Below are positions 19,010 through 28,712 of a DNA stretch of 64,000 nucleotides, in pieces. This stretch comes from Spirochaetia bacterium (lineage in GTDB: Bacteria; Spirochaetota; Spirochaetia; SZUA-6; Bin103): positions 1,216,001 to 1,280,000 of the forward strand of contig CBDBOV010000006.1 of the NCBI GenBank assembly GCA_965208575.1, read 5' to 3'. Position 1 is the first letter of the stretch. Each line of letters begins with the position of its first letter. The translations under genes were made by a program, and so were the position numbers. Below the pieces are notes generated by a model. That model saw only the letters and a program-made list of their open reading frames with translations. It had not been told where the DNA came from and made no database searches.

Positions 19010-19867
19010 ATGAACGAGATCACGCCAACGGCAAACGAGTACGCCGACGAGCGTTTCGGAGCAGCCGCCCTGCAGCGGGCGGTCACGGCTCTGCACACCG
19101 ACGGGTTCGTGGTGATCAACGGCGTGGTCGACCACGCCCACCTCGACCTGCTGCGGGAACGGATGACGGACGACCTCACGAGGCTGCGCGCGCTGCCGGT
19201 AGTGCCGCACAACTTCGTCTGGGGCAACGTGCAGCAGGGCCCTCCGCCGGACGCCGGCCTGGTGTTCCGCGACGTGATTGCCAATCCGTTCGTGTGCCAG
19301 GTAACGCGCGCGGTACTGGGCGCGGGCGCGTTCAACGACTGCCTGACCGGGAACACCAACCTGCCCGGCAGCGGGCTGCAGCCGGTGCACGTCGACGACG
19401 GCCAACTGTGGCCCGAGCTCGGCCTCGCGCATCCGGCGGCGCGGCTGGTGGTGAACATCGCACTCGGCGACACCACGGTCGACAACGGCGCCATCGAGTT
19501 GTGGCCGGGCACGCACCTCGACACCCACGTGGTGATCGGCGGCAGCATCCGGGTGCCGGAGGAGCGGGTCGCGGCGCGCCGGGCGGTCCGGGGGCCAATC
19601 CGCGGCGCCACCCGCAAGGGGGCGGTGCTGATTCGCGACATGCGGCTGTGGCATCGCGGCACCCCCAACCGCGGCACCGAACCGCGCTTCATGATCGCCA
19701 CGATCCACAGCGTGGCGTGGTACCGGCGGGCGACGCGCTGCGAACTGGAGCAGGCGTGCGCGCCGGTGTTCGACGGCTGTCCCATCGAGAACGCCATTCC
19801 GCTGGTGCCCCGCCCGCGCGACCACTTGGCCGGCAACCACCGCTACGAGTACGACGGGCCCAACTGA
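19010..19867 (+). CDS. PhyH-family Fe(II)/2OG dioxygenase (KanJ-like)
   Basis: GNTNLPGSGLQPVHVD, LWPGTH, RLWHRGTPN...PRFM; AGAGGGG before ATG 19010. Confidence 0.87.
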   Translation: MNEITPTANEYADERFGAAALQRAVTALHTDGFVVINGVVDHAHLDLLRERMTDDLTRLRALPVVPHNFVWGNVQQGPPPDAGLVFRDVIANPFVCQVTRAVLGAGAFNDCLTGNTNLPGSGLQPVHVDDGQLWPELGLAHPAARLVVNIALGDTTVDNGAIELWPGTHLDTHVVIGGSIRVPEERVAARRAVRGPIRGATRKGAVLIRDMRLWHRGTPNRGTEPRFMIATIHSVAWYRRATRCELEQACAPVFDGCPIENAIPLVPRPRDHLAGNHRYEYDGPN

Positions 19868-19923
19868 GCGCGCCGGACGCCGGCGCGCGGCGTCCGCGGC
19901 CCGGCCCCGCGGCGCGGCGCGCG

Positions 19924-20814
19924 CTACCCCTTCACGCTGCCGAGCAGCACGCCCTTCACGAAGTACTTCTGGATGAACGGGTAGACGAACAGGATCGGCA
20001 CCGTGGCCACCATGATCACCGCGCCCTTGATGGCGTCCGGCGGCGGCGGCGCGTCCATCTCGTACAGCATCTCCGGGTTGTCGTTGAGCACCTCGGTGGC
20101 GTTGATCAGGATGCGGCGCAGGATGATCTGCACCGGCATGCGGCGGATGTCGGCGATGTAGATGGCGGCGTCGAACCAGGAGTTCCAGTGCCACACCGCG
20201 TAGAACAGGCCGATGGTGGTCAGCACCGGCAAGCTCAGCGGCAGCACCACCTTCCACAGCACCATCGGCGGGGTGGCGCCGTCGATCAGCGCCGACTCCT
20301 CCAGGCTCTCCGGGATCGTGAAGAAGAAATTGCGCATGATCAGCATCCAGAACGGGTTGACGAGCTGTGGAATCACCAGCGCCCACAGGGTGTTGTACAG
20401 GCCGGTGTAGCGCACCACCAGGTAGGTCGGGATCAGGCCGCCGTGGAACAGGATGGTAAAGAACACGAACATCGTGATCGGCGTGCGCCCCGGCACGCTG
20501 CGCTTGGACAGGGCGTAGGCGAACGGCGCCGTGAACAGCAGGTTCAGCGCCGTGCCCACCACCACCCGGAACAGGGTCACGCCGTAGGAGCGGATGATCG
20601 CGCTGCCCTTGGCGAAAATGGCGTGGTAGGCGCCGAGATCGAAGGTTTGCGGAATCAGCACCAGGCCGCCGCGTCGCGCCGCCTCCGCCGCGCCCACCAC
20701 CGAGGTGGAGGCCACTACCACGAACGGAATGATGAACCACGCCGACAGCAGGATCATGAACACGACGTTGCAGCCGTTGAATACCCGCTCGCCGCGCGAA
20801 ACGCTGATCGCCAC
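19924..20814 (-). CDS. Carbohydrate (CUT1) ABC permease
   Basis: IPESLEESALIDGA EAA loop, YPFIQKYFVKG; GTG overlaps upstream TAG. Confidence 0.92.
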   Translation of the reverse strand: MAISVSRGERVFNGCNVVFMILLSAWFIIPFVVVASTSVVGAAEAARRGGLVLIPQTFDLGAYHAIFAKGSAIIRSYGVTLFRVVVGTALNLLFTAPFAYALSKRSVPGRTPITMFVFFTILFHGGLIPTYLVVRYTGLYNTLWALVIPQLVNPFWMLIMRNFFFTIPESLEESALIDGATPPMVLWKVVLPLSLPVLTTIGLFYAVWHWNSWFDAAIYIADIRRMPVQIILRRILINATEVLNDNPEMLYEMDAPPPPDAIKGAVIMVATVPILFVYPFIQKYFVKGVLLGSVKG

Positions 20815-21800
20815 TACCAGAGCCCTTCCTGCTCCAGCTTCTTGGCGGTGAAGTTGGCGCCCACCACCATCAGCAGCGCGATGATCGACTTGAACACGTC
20901 CACCGCCGCGGCGTACGAGAAGTTGAGCTGCTGCAATCCCTCGCGGTACACGTAGGTGTCGATGATGTCGGACACGTCGTACACCACCGGACTGTACAAC
21001 AGCAGGATCTGCTCGAAGCCGGCGTTGATCAGGTTGCCGATGTTGAAGATCAACAGGATCGAAATCACCATGGCGATCGACGGCAGCGTGATGCGGATGG
21101 TCTGCTGCAGCTTGTTGGCGCCGTCGATGATCGCCGACTCGTACAGCTCCGGGTTCACGCCGGCGAGCGCGGCCAGGATGATGATCGTGCCCCAGCCGAT
21201 CTCCTTCCACACGTGGGTGGCCACCAGCACGCTGCGGAAGTAGCGCGGATCGCCCAGGAAGCTGAGCCGCTCGCCGCCGAGCCACTCGATCAACTGGTTC
21301 ACCAGGCCGTCGGAGGTGGAGAACATCTTGAACGCAAGGCCCGCCACCACCACCCAGGAGATGAAGTGCGGCAGGTAGGAGATGGTCTGCACCACCCGCT
21401 TGAACAGCACGTTGACCAGTTCGTTGATCAGCAGCGCCAGCACGATGGTGGTGGGAAACGAGAACAGCAGCTTGAGGCCGCTGATGATGAAGGTGTTGGC
21501 GACGATGTTGCCGAAGAAGTAGGAGCCGAAGAACTTCTGAAAGTTCTTGAAGCCGATCCACTCGCCGCCGAGCACCCCCTGGAGGCCGATGAACGGGTTG
21601 ATCTCCAGGAAGGCGATCGAGATGCCGACCATCGGCAGGTACTTGAAGATGAGCAGGTAGACGATGCCGGGCAGCATCAGCCAGTAGTAGAAGTGATGCT
21701 TCCTGATGTTGCGCCCGAGCATGCCGCCTCTGCGCGCAGCGGTGCGCAGTTCGGCTTCCGGCGCGATCACGCCGCGTTCACTGCCTGACACGCCCGTCAT
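20814..21800 (-). CDS. Carbohydrate (CUT1) ABC permease, LplB-like
   Basis: SYLPHFISWVVV, ELYESAIIDGA, DIIDTYVY. Confidence 0.93.
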   Translation of the reverse strand: MTGVSGSERGVIAPEAELRTAARRGGMLGRNIRKHHFYYWLMLPGIVYLLIFKYLPMVGISIAFLEINPFIGLQGVLGGEWIGFKNFQKFFGSYFFGNIVANTFIISGLKLLFSFPTTIVLALLINELVNVLFKRVVQTISYLPHFISWVVVAGLAFKMFSTSDGLVNQLIEWLGGERLSFLGDPRYFRSVLVATHVWKEIGWGTIIILAALAGVNPELYESAIIDGANKLQQTIRITLPSIAMVISILLIFNIGNLINAGFEQILLLYSPVVYDVSDIIDTYVYREGLQQLNFSYAAAVDVFKSIIALLMVVGANFTAKKLEQEGLW

Positions 21801-21844
21801 CCTCCTCCGTCATCGTACCATCACCCGCCGTCGTTCACAAAAAA

Positions 21845-21886
21845 GGCCGCCGCGGCACCGGTCGGGGGACCGGGCCGCAGCGGCTT
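21845..21886 (-). terminator. GC stem-loop with U tract between binding-protein and permease genes
   Basis: Imperfect inverted repeat GGCCGCCGCGGC-ACCGGTC...GACCGG-GCCGCAGCGGCT adjacent to A6 on plus strand. Confidence 0.55.
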
Positions 21887-21908
21887 GTGTGGTGCGCAAA
21901 GCGAGCGG

Positions 21909-23411
21909 CTACTGCATCGCGTCGTACTGGCGGGTGTACTCGGCGATCCACTTGTCGACGCCGGCGTCCCGCATCTCCTGCTGGAAGTCGTCCCACTCGG
22001 ACATCGGGCGCTGGCCGGTGATGAACTTGACCGGCTCGGAGTCCCACAACCGCTTCAGGTCGGTCATCGGCACCACGTCGTTGATGGTGGTCATGTCCCA
22101 CACGATGGCGGCGTCGAACGGCGTCTTGACGCCGTCCAGGTCGTCGGTGCCGTTGATCAGGTACTCGCTCCAGAACTCGATCTCCGGGCTCAGCACGCGC
22201 GCCTGCACCTCGACCGGCAGGCCGACCGCGAAGCGGTAGTCCTCGAACAGGGCGCGGTTGCCGATGTACTCGTAGGTCTTGCCCTCATCGACCCACTGCC
22301 AGTGCTTGCCCTTGATGCCGTCCTGGCCGGTGATGTAGTTCTCGACGTCCGAGTACTGCCACTCGAACACTTTCAGGAACGCCTCGGTGTTCTCGTCCGG
22401 CGAGCGCGCCGGAAACACCCAGCCGTGCGTGCCGGCGGGGTTGAGGGTCTCGATCATGCCGGCGGGACCCATGATGGGCCGCATGTAGACCGGGTCGGCG
22501 TCGGGGAAGTTCTTGAGGATGGTGTACTTGCCGATGCCGACGGCCGAGCACCAGTAGGCGGTGGTGGCGAACTGGCCCTGGTAGATCACCGGGCGCACCT
22601 CGCTGGCCGGGATGTTGAAGCTGTCGGGCCAGATGTAGCCCTTGTCGTACCAGTCATGCATCCTGGCGATGAAATCCCGGAAGCCGGGGTGCAGCTCCGG
22701 CGGCTTGAGCATGTTGTCGGCCGGGTCGAGCCACGGTCCGTAGCCGTCCGGCAGCCAGCCGCCGGCCATCACCATGCGCAGGTGCGGGGCGTAGCTGGTG
22801 ATCATCACCTGCGTCTGGCCGCCGCCGACCGGGTCGTTCTGCAGGAACACCTCGAGCACGTTCTCCAACTCGTCGATGGTGGTGGGATACTCCAGGCCGT
22901 ACATGCGCAGGTACTCGCCGCGGATCCACACCGGCCACGCGGTCACCACCTCGCCGCGCGGAATGGCCCAGGTCTGGCCGTCGGTGGTGCTCACCTTGGA
23001 CCAGGCGATGTCGGTCCACGCCTTGCGGGTATTCGGGATCTGGTCGAACCACTTGTTGATCGCCTTGATCGCGCCCTTGGGCTGGAACTGCGGCACCTGC
23101 ATGCCGGCGATCACGTCCATCGGGTCGTTGGAAGCCAGCAGCAGCGTGATCTGCTCGACGCGGCCCTGGCGCGGAATGCGGTGCGTAACCACCCGCACGC
23201 CGGTCTGCTCCTCGATGTAGGCCTGTACGTCGTCGAGCACTTCCTGCGCGGTGCCCGCCTCCGACCCGGCGGAGTGGGATACGGTATCGTAGCTGTGCAC
23301 TTCGATCACGTCGCTCGCGGCGCCGGCTTCGCCCTCGCCGGCCGCGAACGCGCCGGCCACTACGAACAGGCTCAGCAGCGCAACGGCGCCGAGCATCGGC
23401 ATTCTGGTCAT
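21909..23411 (-). CDS. Extracellular solute-binding protein (family 1, carbohydrate)
   Basis: Signal peptide ending AFAAGEGE; WIRGEYL...PTTIDE; KFITGQRPMSEWD; AAGGAG RBS. Confidence 0.9.
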   Translation of the reverse strand: MTRMPMLGAVALLSLFVVAGAFAAGEGEAGAASDVIEVHSYDTVSHSAGSEAGTAQEVLDDVQAYIEEQTGVRVVTHRIPRQGRVEQITLLLASNDPMDVIAGMQVPQFQPKGAIKAINKWFDQIPNTRKAWTDIAWSKVSTTDGQTWAIPRGEVVTAWPVWIRGEYLRMYGLEYPTTIDELENVLEVFLQNDPVGGGQTQVMITSYAPHLRMVMAGGWLPDGYGPWLDPADNMLKPPELHPGFRDFIARMHDWYDKGYIWPDSFNIPASEVRPVIYQGQFATTAYWCSAVGIGKYTILKNFPDADPVYMRPIMGPAGMIETLNPAGTHGWVFPARSPDENTEAFLKVFEWQYSDVENYITGQDGIKGKHWQWVDEGKTYEYIGNRALFEDYRFAVGLPVEVQARVLSPEIEFWSEYLINGTDDLDGVKTPFDAAIVWDMTTINDVVPMTDLKRLWDSEPVKFITGQRPMSEWDDFQQEMRDAGVDKWIAEYTRQYDAMQ

Positions 23412-23530
23412 GAAATACTCCTTGCGGCCCGTCCGGGCCGGTGTCTCTTGGTGCGTACTGGTATATCACGGATTCGCGCGCCGCGCCAACGAACACAACC
23501 GGCGTCCGCGGCTCCGCTGTCGGCCCGCCG

Positions 23531-23630
23531 GGAGTGCCGCGGGGTGCCGCGGGGTGCCGCGGGGTGCCGCGGGGTGCCGCGGGGTGCCGCGGGGTGCCGC
23601 GGGTGCCGGGGGTGCCGGGGGTGCCGGGGC
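23531..23630. repeat. 10-bp tandem repeat (GGGGTGCCGC)n in divergent intergenic region
   Basis: Six perfect units 23541-23600 plus degenerate units on both sides. Confidence 0.95.
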
Positions 23631-23764
23631 CGTGTACCGGGTCCGTAGGGCACGCTGACGCGCGGTGCGGCCAGCGTTGATGCCGCCCGCCGGCATGCCG
23701 ATATTCCTAGGGAGGTCCGTGGGGCCGGAAACGGCGCACGACGGCACACGAATCGGGGGACGCG

Positions 23765-24838
23765 ATGGGCACATCGGACAGCACGCCACTGCGCGTGGCC
23801 GTGGCGGGCTGCCACCGCCAGGTAACGAGGAAGCCGGGGTCGCACAACTGGGCCGCCGCCTTCACCGAAGTGGCGGACACGCGGGTGGTCGCCGTGTACG
23901 ACCGCGGCGCCGACACGCGGGCCGGGTTCTGCGCCGCCTGGCGCGACACGTGGGGCGCTATCGCCGCCTACGACGACTACGGACGGATGCTGGACGAGGC
24001 ACGCCCCGACATCGTGTGCATCGCCACGCGCCAGACCCATCACGCGGCGCAGATCGTCCGCGCCGCGGCCGCCGGGGTGCGCGGCATCCTGTGCGACAAG
24101 CCGTTCGTCACCACGCTCGCCGAGGCGGATGAAGCGCTGGCGGCGTGCCGGAAGGCGGGAGTGGCGGTCGCCTACGGCACCGAGTGGCGCTGGGACCCGG
24201 CCTACCGCCTGCTTGCCGAACGGCTGCGCCGCGGACTGGTCGGCGAGGTGCGCGCCATCCTGGCCTACGGGGCGCCCAACCTGATCTTCCACGGCTGCCA
24301 TTGGTACGACATCGCCCTGCTGCTCGCCGGCGATGCCGAGCCGCTGTGGGTCAGCGGGCGGGTGGACCCGGTGGCCGACGACGAGCCCGACGAGGGCCGC
24401 CGCCTCGACCCGCCGGGCCGCGCCTGGGTGGGGCTGGAGGGCGGCGCCCTGCTGACCCTGCTGCCGGAGGGCGGCGGGCGCGGCTTCTCGGTGATCGGCA
24501 GCGCCGGCCGTATCGAGATCGTCAACGACGCCCGCCAGGCGTATCTTTGGGAGGCGCAGGCGGGCGGGCCGGGCGCCGGTCACCTGTCCGCCGCCCCCAC
24601 CGGCCTGGAGTTGCCGCAGCCCGACTCACCCTGGCCCCGGGGAGCGGTGCTGGTGCGCGACCTGGCGCGGGCGGTGCGCGCGGGCGGCGCCACGCAGTGC
24701 GACGTGGAGCAGATCCGCCGCGCCACGGAGATCGGTTTCGCCGTGCACGAGTCGCACGCCGCGGGCGGCGGCGCCGTCACCTTGCCGGTCGCCGACCGCA
24801 CGCGGCGCATCGATCCGCGCGCCTGGGGCAACGATTAG
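23765..24838 (+). CDS. Gfo/Idh/MocA oxidoreductase
   Basis: PDIVCIAT...H, ILCDKP, HGCHWYD. Confidence 0.87.
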   Translation: MGTSDSTPLRVAVAGCHRQVTRKPGSHNWAAAFTEVADTRVVAVYDRGADTRAGFCAAWRDTWGAIAAYDDYGRMLDEARPDIVCIATRQTHHAAQIVRAAAAGVRGILCDKPFVTTLAEADEALAACRKAGVAVAYGTEWRWDPAYRLLAERLRRGLVGEVRAILAYGAPNLIFHGCHWYDIALLLAGDAEPLWVSGRVDPVADDEPDEGRRLDPPGRAWVGLEGGALLTLLPEGGGRGFSVIGSAGRIEIVNDARQAYLWEAQAGGPGAGHLSAAPTGLELPQPDSPWPRGAVLVRDLARAVRAGGATQCDVEQIRRATEIGFAVHESHAAGGGAVTLPVADRTRRIDPRAWGND

Positions 24839-24866
24839 GGAGAGAATCCGAACCGCGGGAGAGACA

Positions 24867-27800
24867 ATGGGACGCACCGGATTGGCCACTCACAGGGCAG
24901 ACAGCACGCGGCACGTGAATGCCGCCGATGCACCGGTGGCGGACGGCGCGGCTCCCGCGTACGCGCCCGGTCCGGCGCCGCCCGTCCCCCCCGCGGCCGT
25001 CACTCCGCCGCCGGCAGACAACCACGCGGCCGCGGCGCGCGAACCGGGCCGTGCCGCGCCCGGCGCCGCCAACGCTCCCATTCCACCCGATCCGGGCGGC
25101 CGCACCGCGATGGCGCGCGCGCCGAGCCCGGCAACGCCCGCGCCGCCCGCTGCAGGCGGCCGCACCGCGACGCCGCGTGTACCTGGGCCGGCGCCGCCGG
25201 TCCCTCACGGTCCACCCGCGCGACCCGCTACAGGCGGTCGCACCGCGACGGCGCGTGTACCCGGCCCGGCCCGGCCGGTCTCTCGCAATCCGCCCGCTCC
25301 ACCCGCTACCGGCGGTCGCACCGCGACGGCGCGTGTACCTGGTCCGGCGCCGCCGGTCCCTTGCAATCCGCCCGCTCCACCCGCTACCGGCGACCGCACC
25401 GCGACGGCGGCCACGCCCGGTCCGGCACGGCCTGCCCCTCGCAATCCGCCCCCGCCGCCCGCTACCGGCGACCGCACCGCGATGGCGCGTGTACCCGGCC
25501 CGGCTCCGCCGGTCCCCTGCGATCCGCCCGCGCCGCCCGCTGCAGGCGGTCGCACCGCGATGGCGCGTGCACCCGGCCCGGCTCCGCCGGTCCCCTGCGA
25601 TCCGCCCGCGCCGCCCGCTGCAGGCGGTCGCACCGCGATGGCGCGTGTACCCGGCCCGGCGCGGCCGGTCCCTCGCAATCCGCCCGCTCCACCCGCTGCA
25701 GGCGACCGCACCGCGACGGCGCGTGTACCCGGCCTGGCACCGCCGGTCCCCTGCGCTTCGCCCGCGCCGCCCGCTACCGGCGACCGCACCGCGACGGCGC
25801 GTGCACCCAGCTTGGCACCGCCGGTCCCTCACGGTCCACTCGCGCCGCCCGCTACCGGCGACCGCACCGCAAGCGTGCGCACGCCCAGCCCGGCGCGGCC
25901 GGTCCCTCGCAATCCGCCCGCTCCACCCGCTACCGGCGACCGCACCGCGATGGCGCGTGTACCCGGCCCGGCCCGGCCTGTCTCTCGCAATCCGCCCGCT
26001 CCACCCGCTGCAGGCGGTCGCACCGCGACGGCGCGTGTACCCAGCCCGGCGCCGCCGGTCCCTCGCGGTCCGTTCGCCGCGGACGACGGCTCGGCCTCTA
26101 CCCGCGCCCGCGGCTCTGTGCCGCCCGTCCCCTTCGCAGCCCCCAAACCACCGCCGGCGGGCGGCGGCTCAGCCGCGGCGCACGCGCCGGACACCGCCTC
26201 ACCCGACCGTTCCGCGGCTTCCAAACCGCCGGCAGCGGCGCGCACGGCCAGGTCGGCCGCGGCCGCGGCGGCGGTACGCGAGGCCCTTGAGCGGCTGGTG
26301 TCGATGCGCGCCGCCATGGTGCGGCTGGTCGAGACGGGCGTTGCCGCCATGCGCAGTGCCGCGGTGTACGACGGCCCGGCACACCTGGCCGCCAAGCGGT
26401 TGGCGACGGCGAAGTACGCCCTCCCGGCCGCGCTGTTCGCGGTGTGTCTTGCCGCGTACGTGAGCAACGGCGACTTCCTCCCCGGCAGCGACCAGCAGGG
26501 CAACATGCTGTTTAGCATCAACCTGCTCAAGCGCCAGTCGCTGTCTCTCGGCCCGTTGGATGCGCCCTACTCGTTCTCCTGGACCCTGCAGCAGCCCGGC
26601 GAGCAGCCGCTCAGGGTCACCGTGGACCAGTGGAACAGCGCCGCCGACGAGGCGTACCGGGACGGCCGCCTGCAAGCCGTCGATCACCACTTCTACCTGG
26701 CCGAGACGACGCGCCACCAGGTGTTCGTCAACACGTTCGGCCTCGGCGCACCGCTGTTCGGGCTGCCGGTATATGCCCTGCTCGACCTGTTCGTGGAGAT
26801 CGAGAACAATCGCTTCTGGTGGTGGCACGGCGGCGCCCTCACCGCCGCCCTGCTGACCGCCGGCGCGGCGCTGTTCGTGTTCCTGGCGGCGCGCGGCTTC
26901 GTCCGGCCGCTGCCGGCGGCCCTGGTGGCGCTGGCGTTCGGATTGGGCAGTTGCGCATGGCCGGTCAGCAGCCAGGCACTATGGCAGCATCCGGCGAGTA
27001 CGTTCTGCCTCAGCGTGGGCGCCTGGCTGCTGCTGCGCGGTGACCCGCGCCGGCACGCGGACGCCTGGTGCGGGGCGGCTCTCGGGATGGCCGTGCTGTG
27101 CCGGCCGGCGACCTCCGTGGCGGTGGTGTGCGTGGGCGCCTACCTGCTGTGGGCCGATCGCCGCCGATTCCTCGCCTACCTCTGCGGCGGACTGCCGTTC
27201 CTGGCGATACTGGCGTCCTACAACACCTACCACTTCGGCAGCCCGCTGGAGTTCGGCCAGACGCTGGTGTCCAGGGCGGTCGCGCTGCGCGCCACCGGCA
27301 GCGAGCACCTGTGGCAGAGCTCCTGGAGCGAGAGTCTTCCCGGCCTGCTGATCAGCCCGGCGCGCGGGCTGCTCTGGTTCTCGCCGGTGCTGGCGCTGGC
27401 GCTGGCCGGCGCCGCGGCCGTGTGGCGCGAGCGGCGCTACCGTCCGCTGATCCCGCTGTTGGCGTCCGCCGTGCTGATGATCCTGGCGGCCGGCAAGTGG
27501 TTCGACTGGTGGGGCGGCACGGTCTGGGGCTACCGCACCATCGTCGACACCGCACCGTTCCTGGCCCTGCTGCTGATACCGATCATCGAGCGGATGCTTG
27601 CCGCCCGCGCTCCCCGCGCCGTGTTCGCGGCGCTGCTGCTGTGGTCGATCGGCGTGCAGTTCGTGGGCGCCTATACCTACAACCTGGTCGGATGGATCGA
27701 CCACTGGCGCGAGCAGGACAACCCCGACCACGCCAGCCTGTGGCAGTGGCAGCGGCCGCAGATCGGCTACCACCTGGCCAACTTCGGGCAACAGCGCGCG

Positions 27801-28484
27801 CTGAAGAGGCAGTTGGTGGCGGCGCACGCCAACAGTGCGACGCCGATTCTCATCCTGCGCGACCGGCCGCGGCAGGAGACCGCCAACGGCGCCGCCCCCC
27901 GCGGTCCGAACCAACGCGATCCGGCGGTGATGCAGCGCCACGCCGAGTCGCTGCTGGAGCATGGCCGCTACGAAGACGCGCTCGCCGCGTTCGGGGAGAT
28001 CCTGGAGATCGACCCCGAGTACGCGCTGGCCCACGCCGGCACCGGCGATGCGCTGTTTCGCATGCGCCGGTACGAGGATGCCCTGGCGGCAATGGGCCGC
28101 GCCCTGGCGCTGCGGCCCGACCTGCCGGTGGCAGGCTCGCTGCACCGCTTGATGGGCCGCAGCAATCAGGAGCTGGGCCGGCCCGACGAAGCCCTGCCCC
28201 ACTACGAGCGCGCGTTGCAGATCGATCCCGACGATGCGCGGGCAATCGAACTGCTCGCCCGGCTGCAATTCGTGCGGGAGCGCTACCTGGAGTCGTTCTC
28301 CCTGTTCCAGACCCTGGTCGGGTTCGACCCGGACAACGCCGAGATCCATGCCAACCTGGGCGCCGCGCTCTACCACCTGGGACGGGTCGAAGACGCTATT
28401 GCAAGCTTCGAGCGCGCCCTCTCACTCGACCCGGCGCTGGAGTCGGTGCGCACCACCCTCGACCAGTTGCGCAGCGCGCGATAG
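24867..28484 (+). CDS. Multi-TM GT-C-like glycosyltransferase with C-terminal TPRs and possible Pro/Ala/Thr-rich repeat N-terminus
   Basis: About 11 TM segments with GSD, SQALWQHP, ISPARGLLWFSP, WWGGTVWGYR; about 5 TPRs; true start may be near 26304. Confidence 0.72.
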   Translation: MGRTGLATHRADSTRHVNAADAPVADGAAPAYAPGPAPPVPPAAVTPPPADNHAAAAREPGRAAPGAANAPIPPDPGGRTAMARAPSPATPAPPAAGGRTATPRVPGPAPPVPHGPPARPATGGRTATARVPGPARPVSRNPPAPPATGGRTATARVPGPAPPVPCNPPAPPATGDRTATAATPGPARPAPRNPPPPPATGDRTAMARVPGPAPPVPCDPPAPPAAGGRTAMARAPGPAPPVPCDPPAPPAAGGRTAMARVPGPARPVPRNPPAPPAAGDRTATARVPGLAPPVPCASPAPPATGDRTATARAPSLAPPVPHGPLAPPATGDRTASVRTPSPARPVPRNPPAPPATGDRTAMARVPGPARPVSRNPPAPPAAGGRTATARVPSPAPPVPRGPFAADDGSASTRARGSVPPVPFAAPKPPPAGGGSAAAHAPDTASPDRSAASKPPAAARTARSAAAAAAVREALERLVSMRAAMVRLVETGVAAMRSAAVYDGPAHLAAKRLATAKYALPAALFAVCLAAYVSNGDFLPGSDQQGNMLFSINLLKRQSLSLGPLDAPYSFSWTLQQPGEQPLRVTVDQWNSAADEAYRDGRLQAVDHHFYLAETTRHQVFVNTFGLGAPLFGLPVYALLDLFVEIENNRFWWWHGGALTAALLTAGAALFVFLAARGFVRPLPAALVALAFGLGSCAWPVSSQALWQHPASTFCLSVGAWLLLRGDPRRHADAWCGAALGMAVLCRPATSVAVVCVGAYLLWADRRRFLAYLCGGLPFLAILASYNTYHFGSPLEFGQTLVSRAVALRATGSEHLWQSSWSESLPGLLISPARGLLWFSPVLALALAGAAAVWRERRYRPLIPLLASAVLMILAAGKWFDWWGGTVWGYRTIVDTAPFLALLLIPIIERMLAARAPRAVFAALLLWSIGVQFVGAYTYNLVGWIDHWREQDNPDHASLWQWQRPQIGYHLANFGQQRALKRQLVAAHANSATPILILRDRPRQETANGAAPRGPNQRDPAVMQRHAESLLEHGRYEDALAAFGEILEIDPEYALAHAGTGDALFRMRRYEDALAAMGRALALRPDLPVAGSLHRLMGRSNQELGRPDEALPHYERALQIDPDDARAIELLARLQFVRERYLESFSLFQTLVGFDPDNAEIHANLGAALYHLGRVEDAIASFERALSLDPALESVRTTLDQLRSAR
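25095..26070 (+). repeat. 78-bp (26-aa) tandem repeat, about 12 units plus one short unit
   Basis: CACCGCGA(C/T)GGCGCGTGTACC core recurs every 78 bp (e.g. 25241, 25319). Confidence 0.92.
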
Positions 28485-28712
28485 CCGAACCCCACCGGCC
28501 GCGGCGCGGGGCGGACGCTCGGAGAGCGGTTGTCCGGTCGCGCGGGCATGACCGGGTCCGCCCTGCCGGCCGCGGCGCGCTGCGGCGCGGGCAATCAGCG
28601 CGTGGCGTCCGGTGGCGCTGACAACACCCGCTGCTCGCTGCCGAACCTCGCCGGATCTGCCGGACCTGCCGGACTCTGCACCGGCGACCACGATCCGCGT
28701 TACAGTACGGCC

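Noticed and set aside
25095-26070. CRISPR array
   Set aside because: Units are contiguous 78-bp degenerate tandem copies with no unique spacers, and there is no cas operon.
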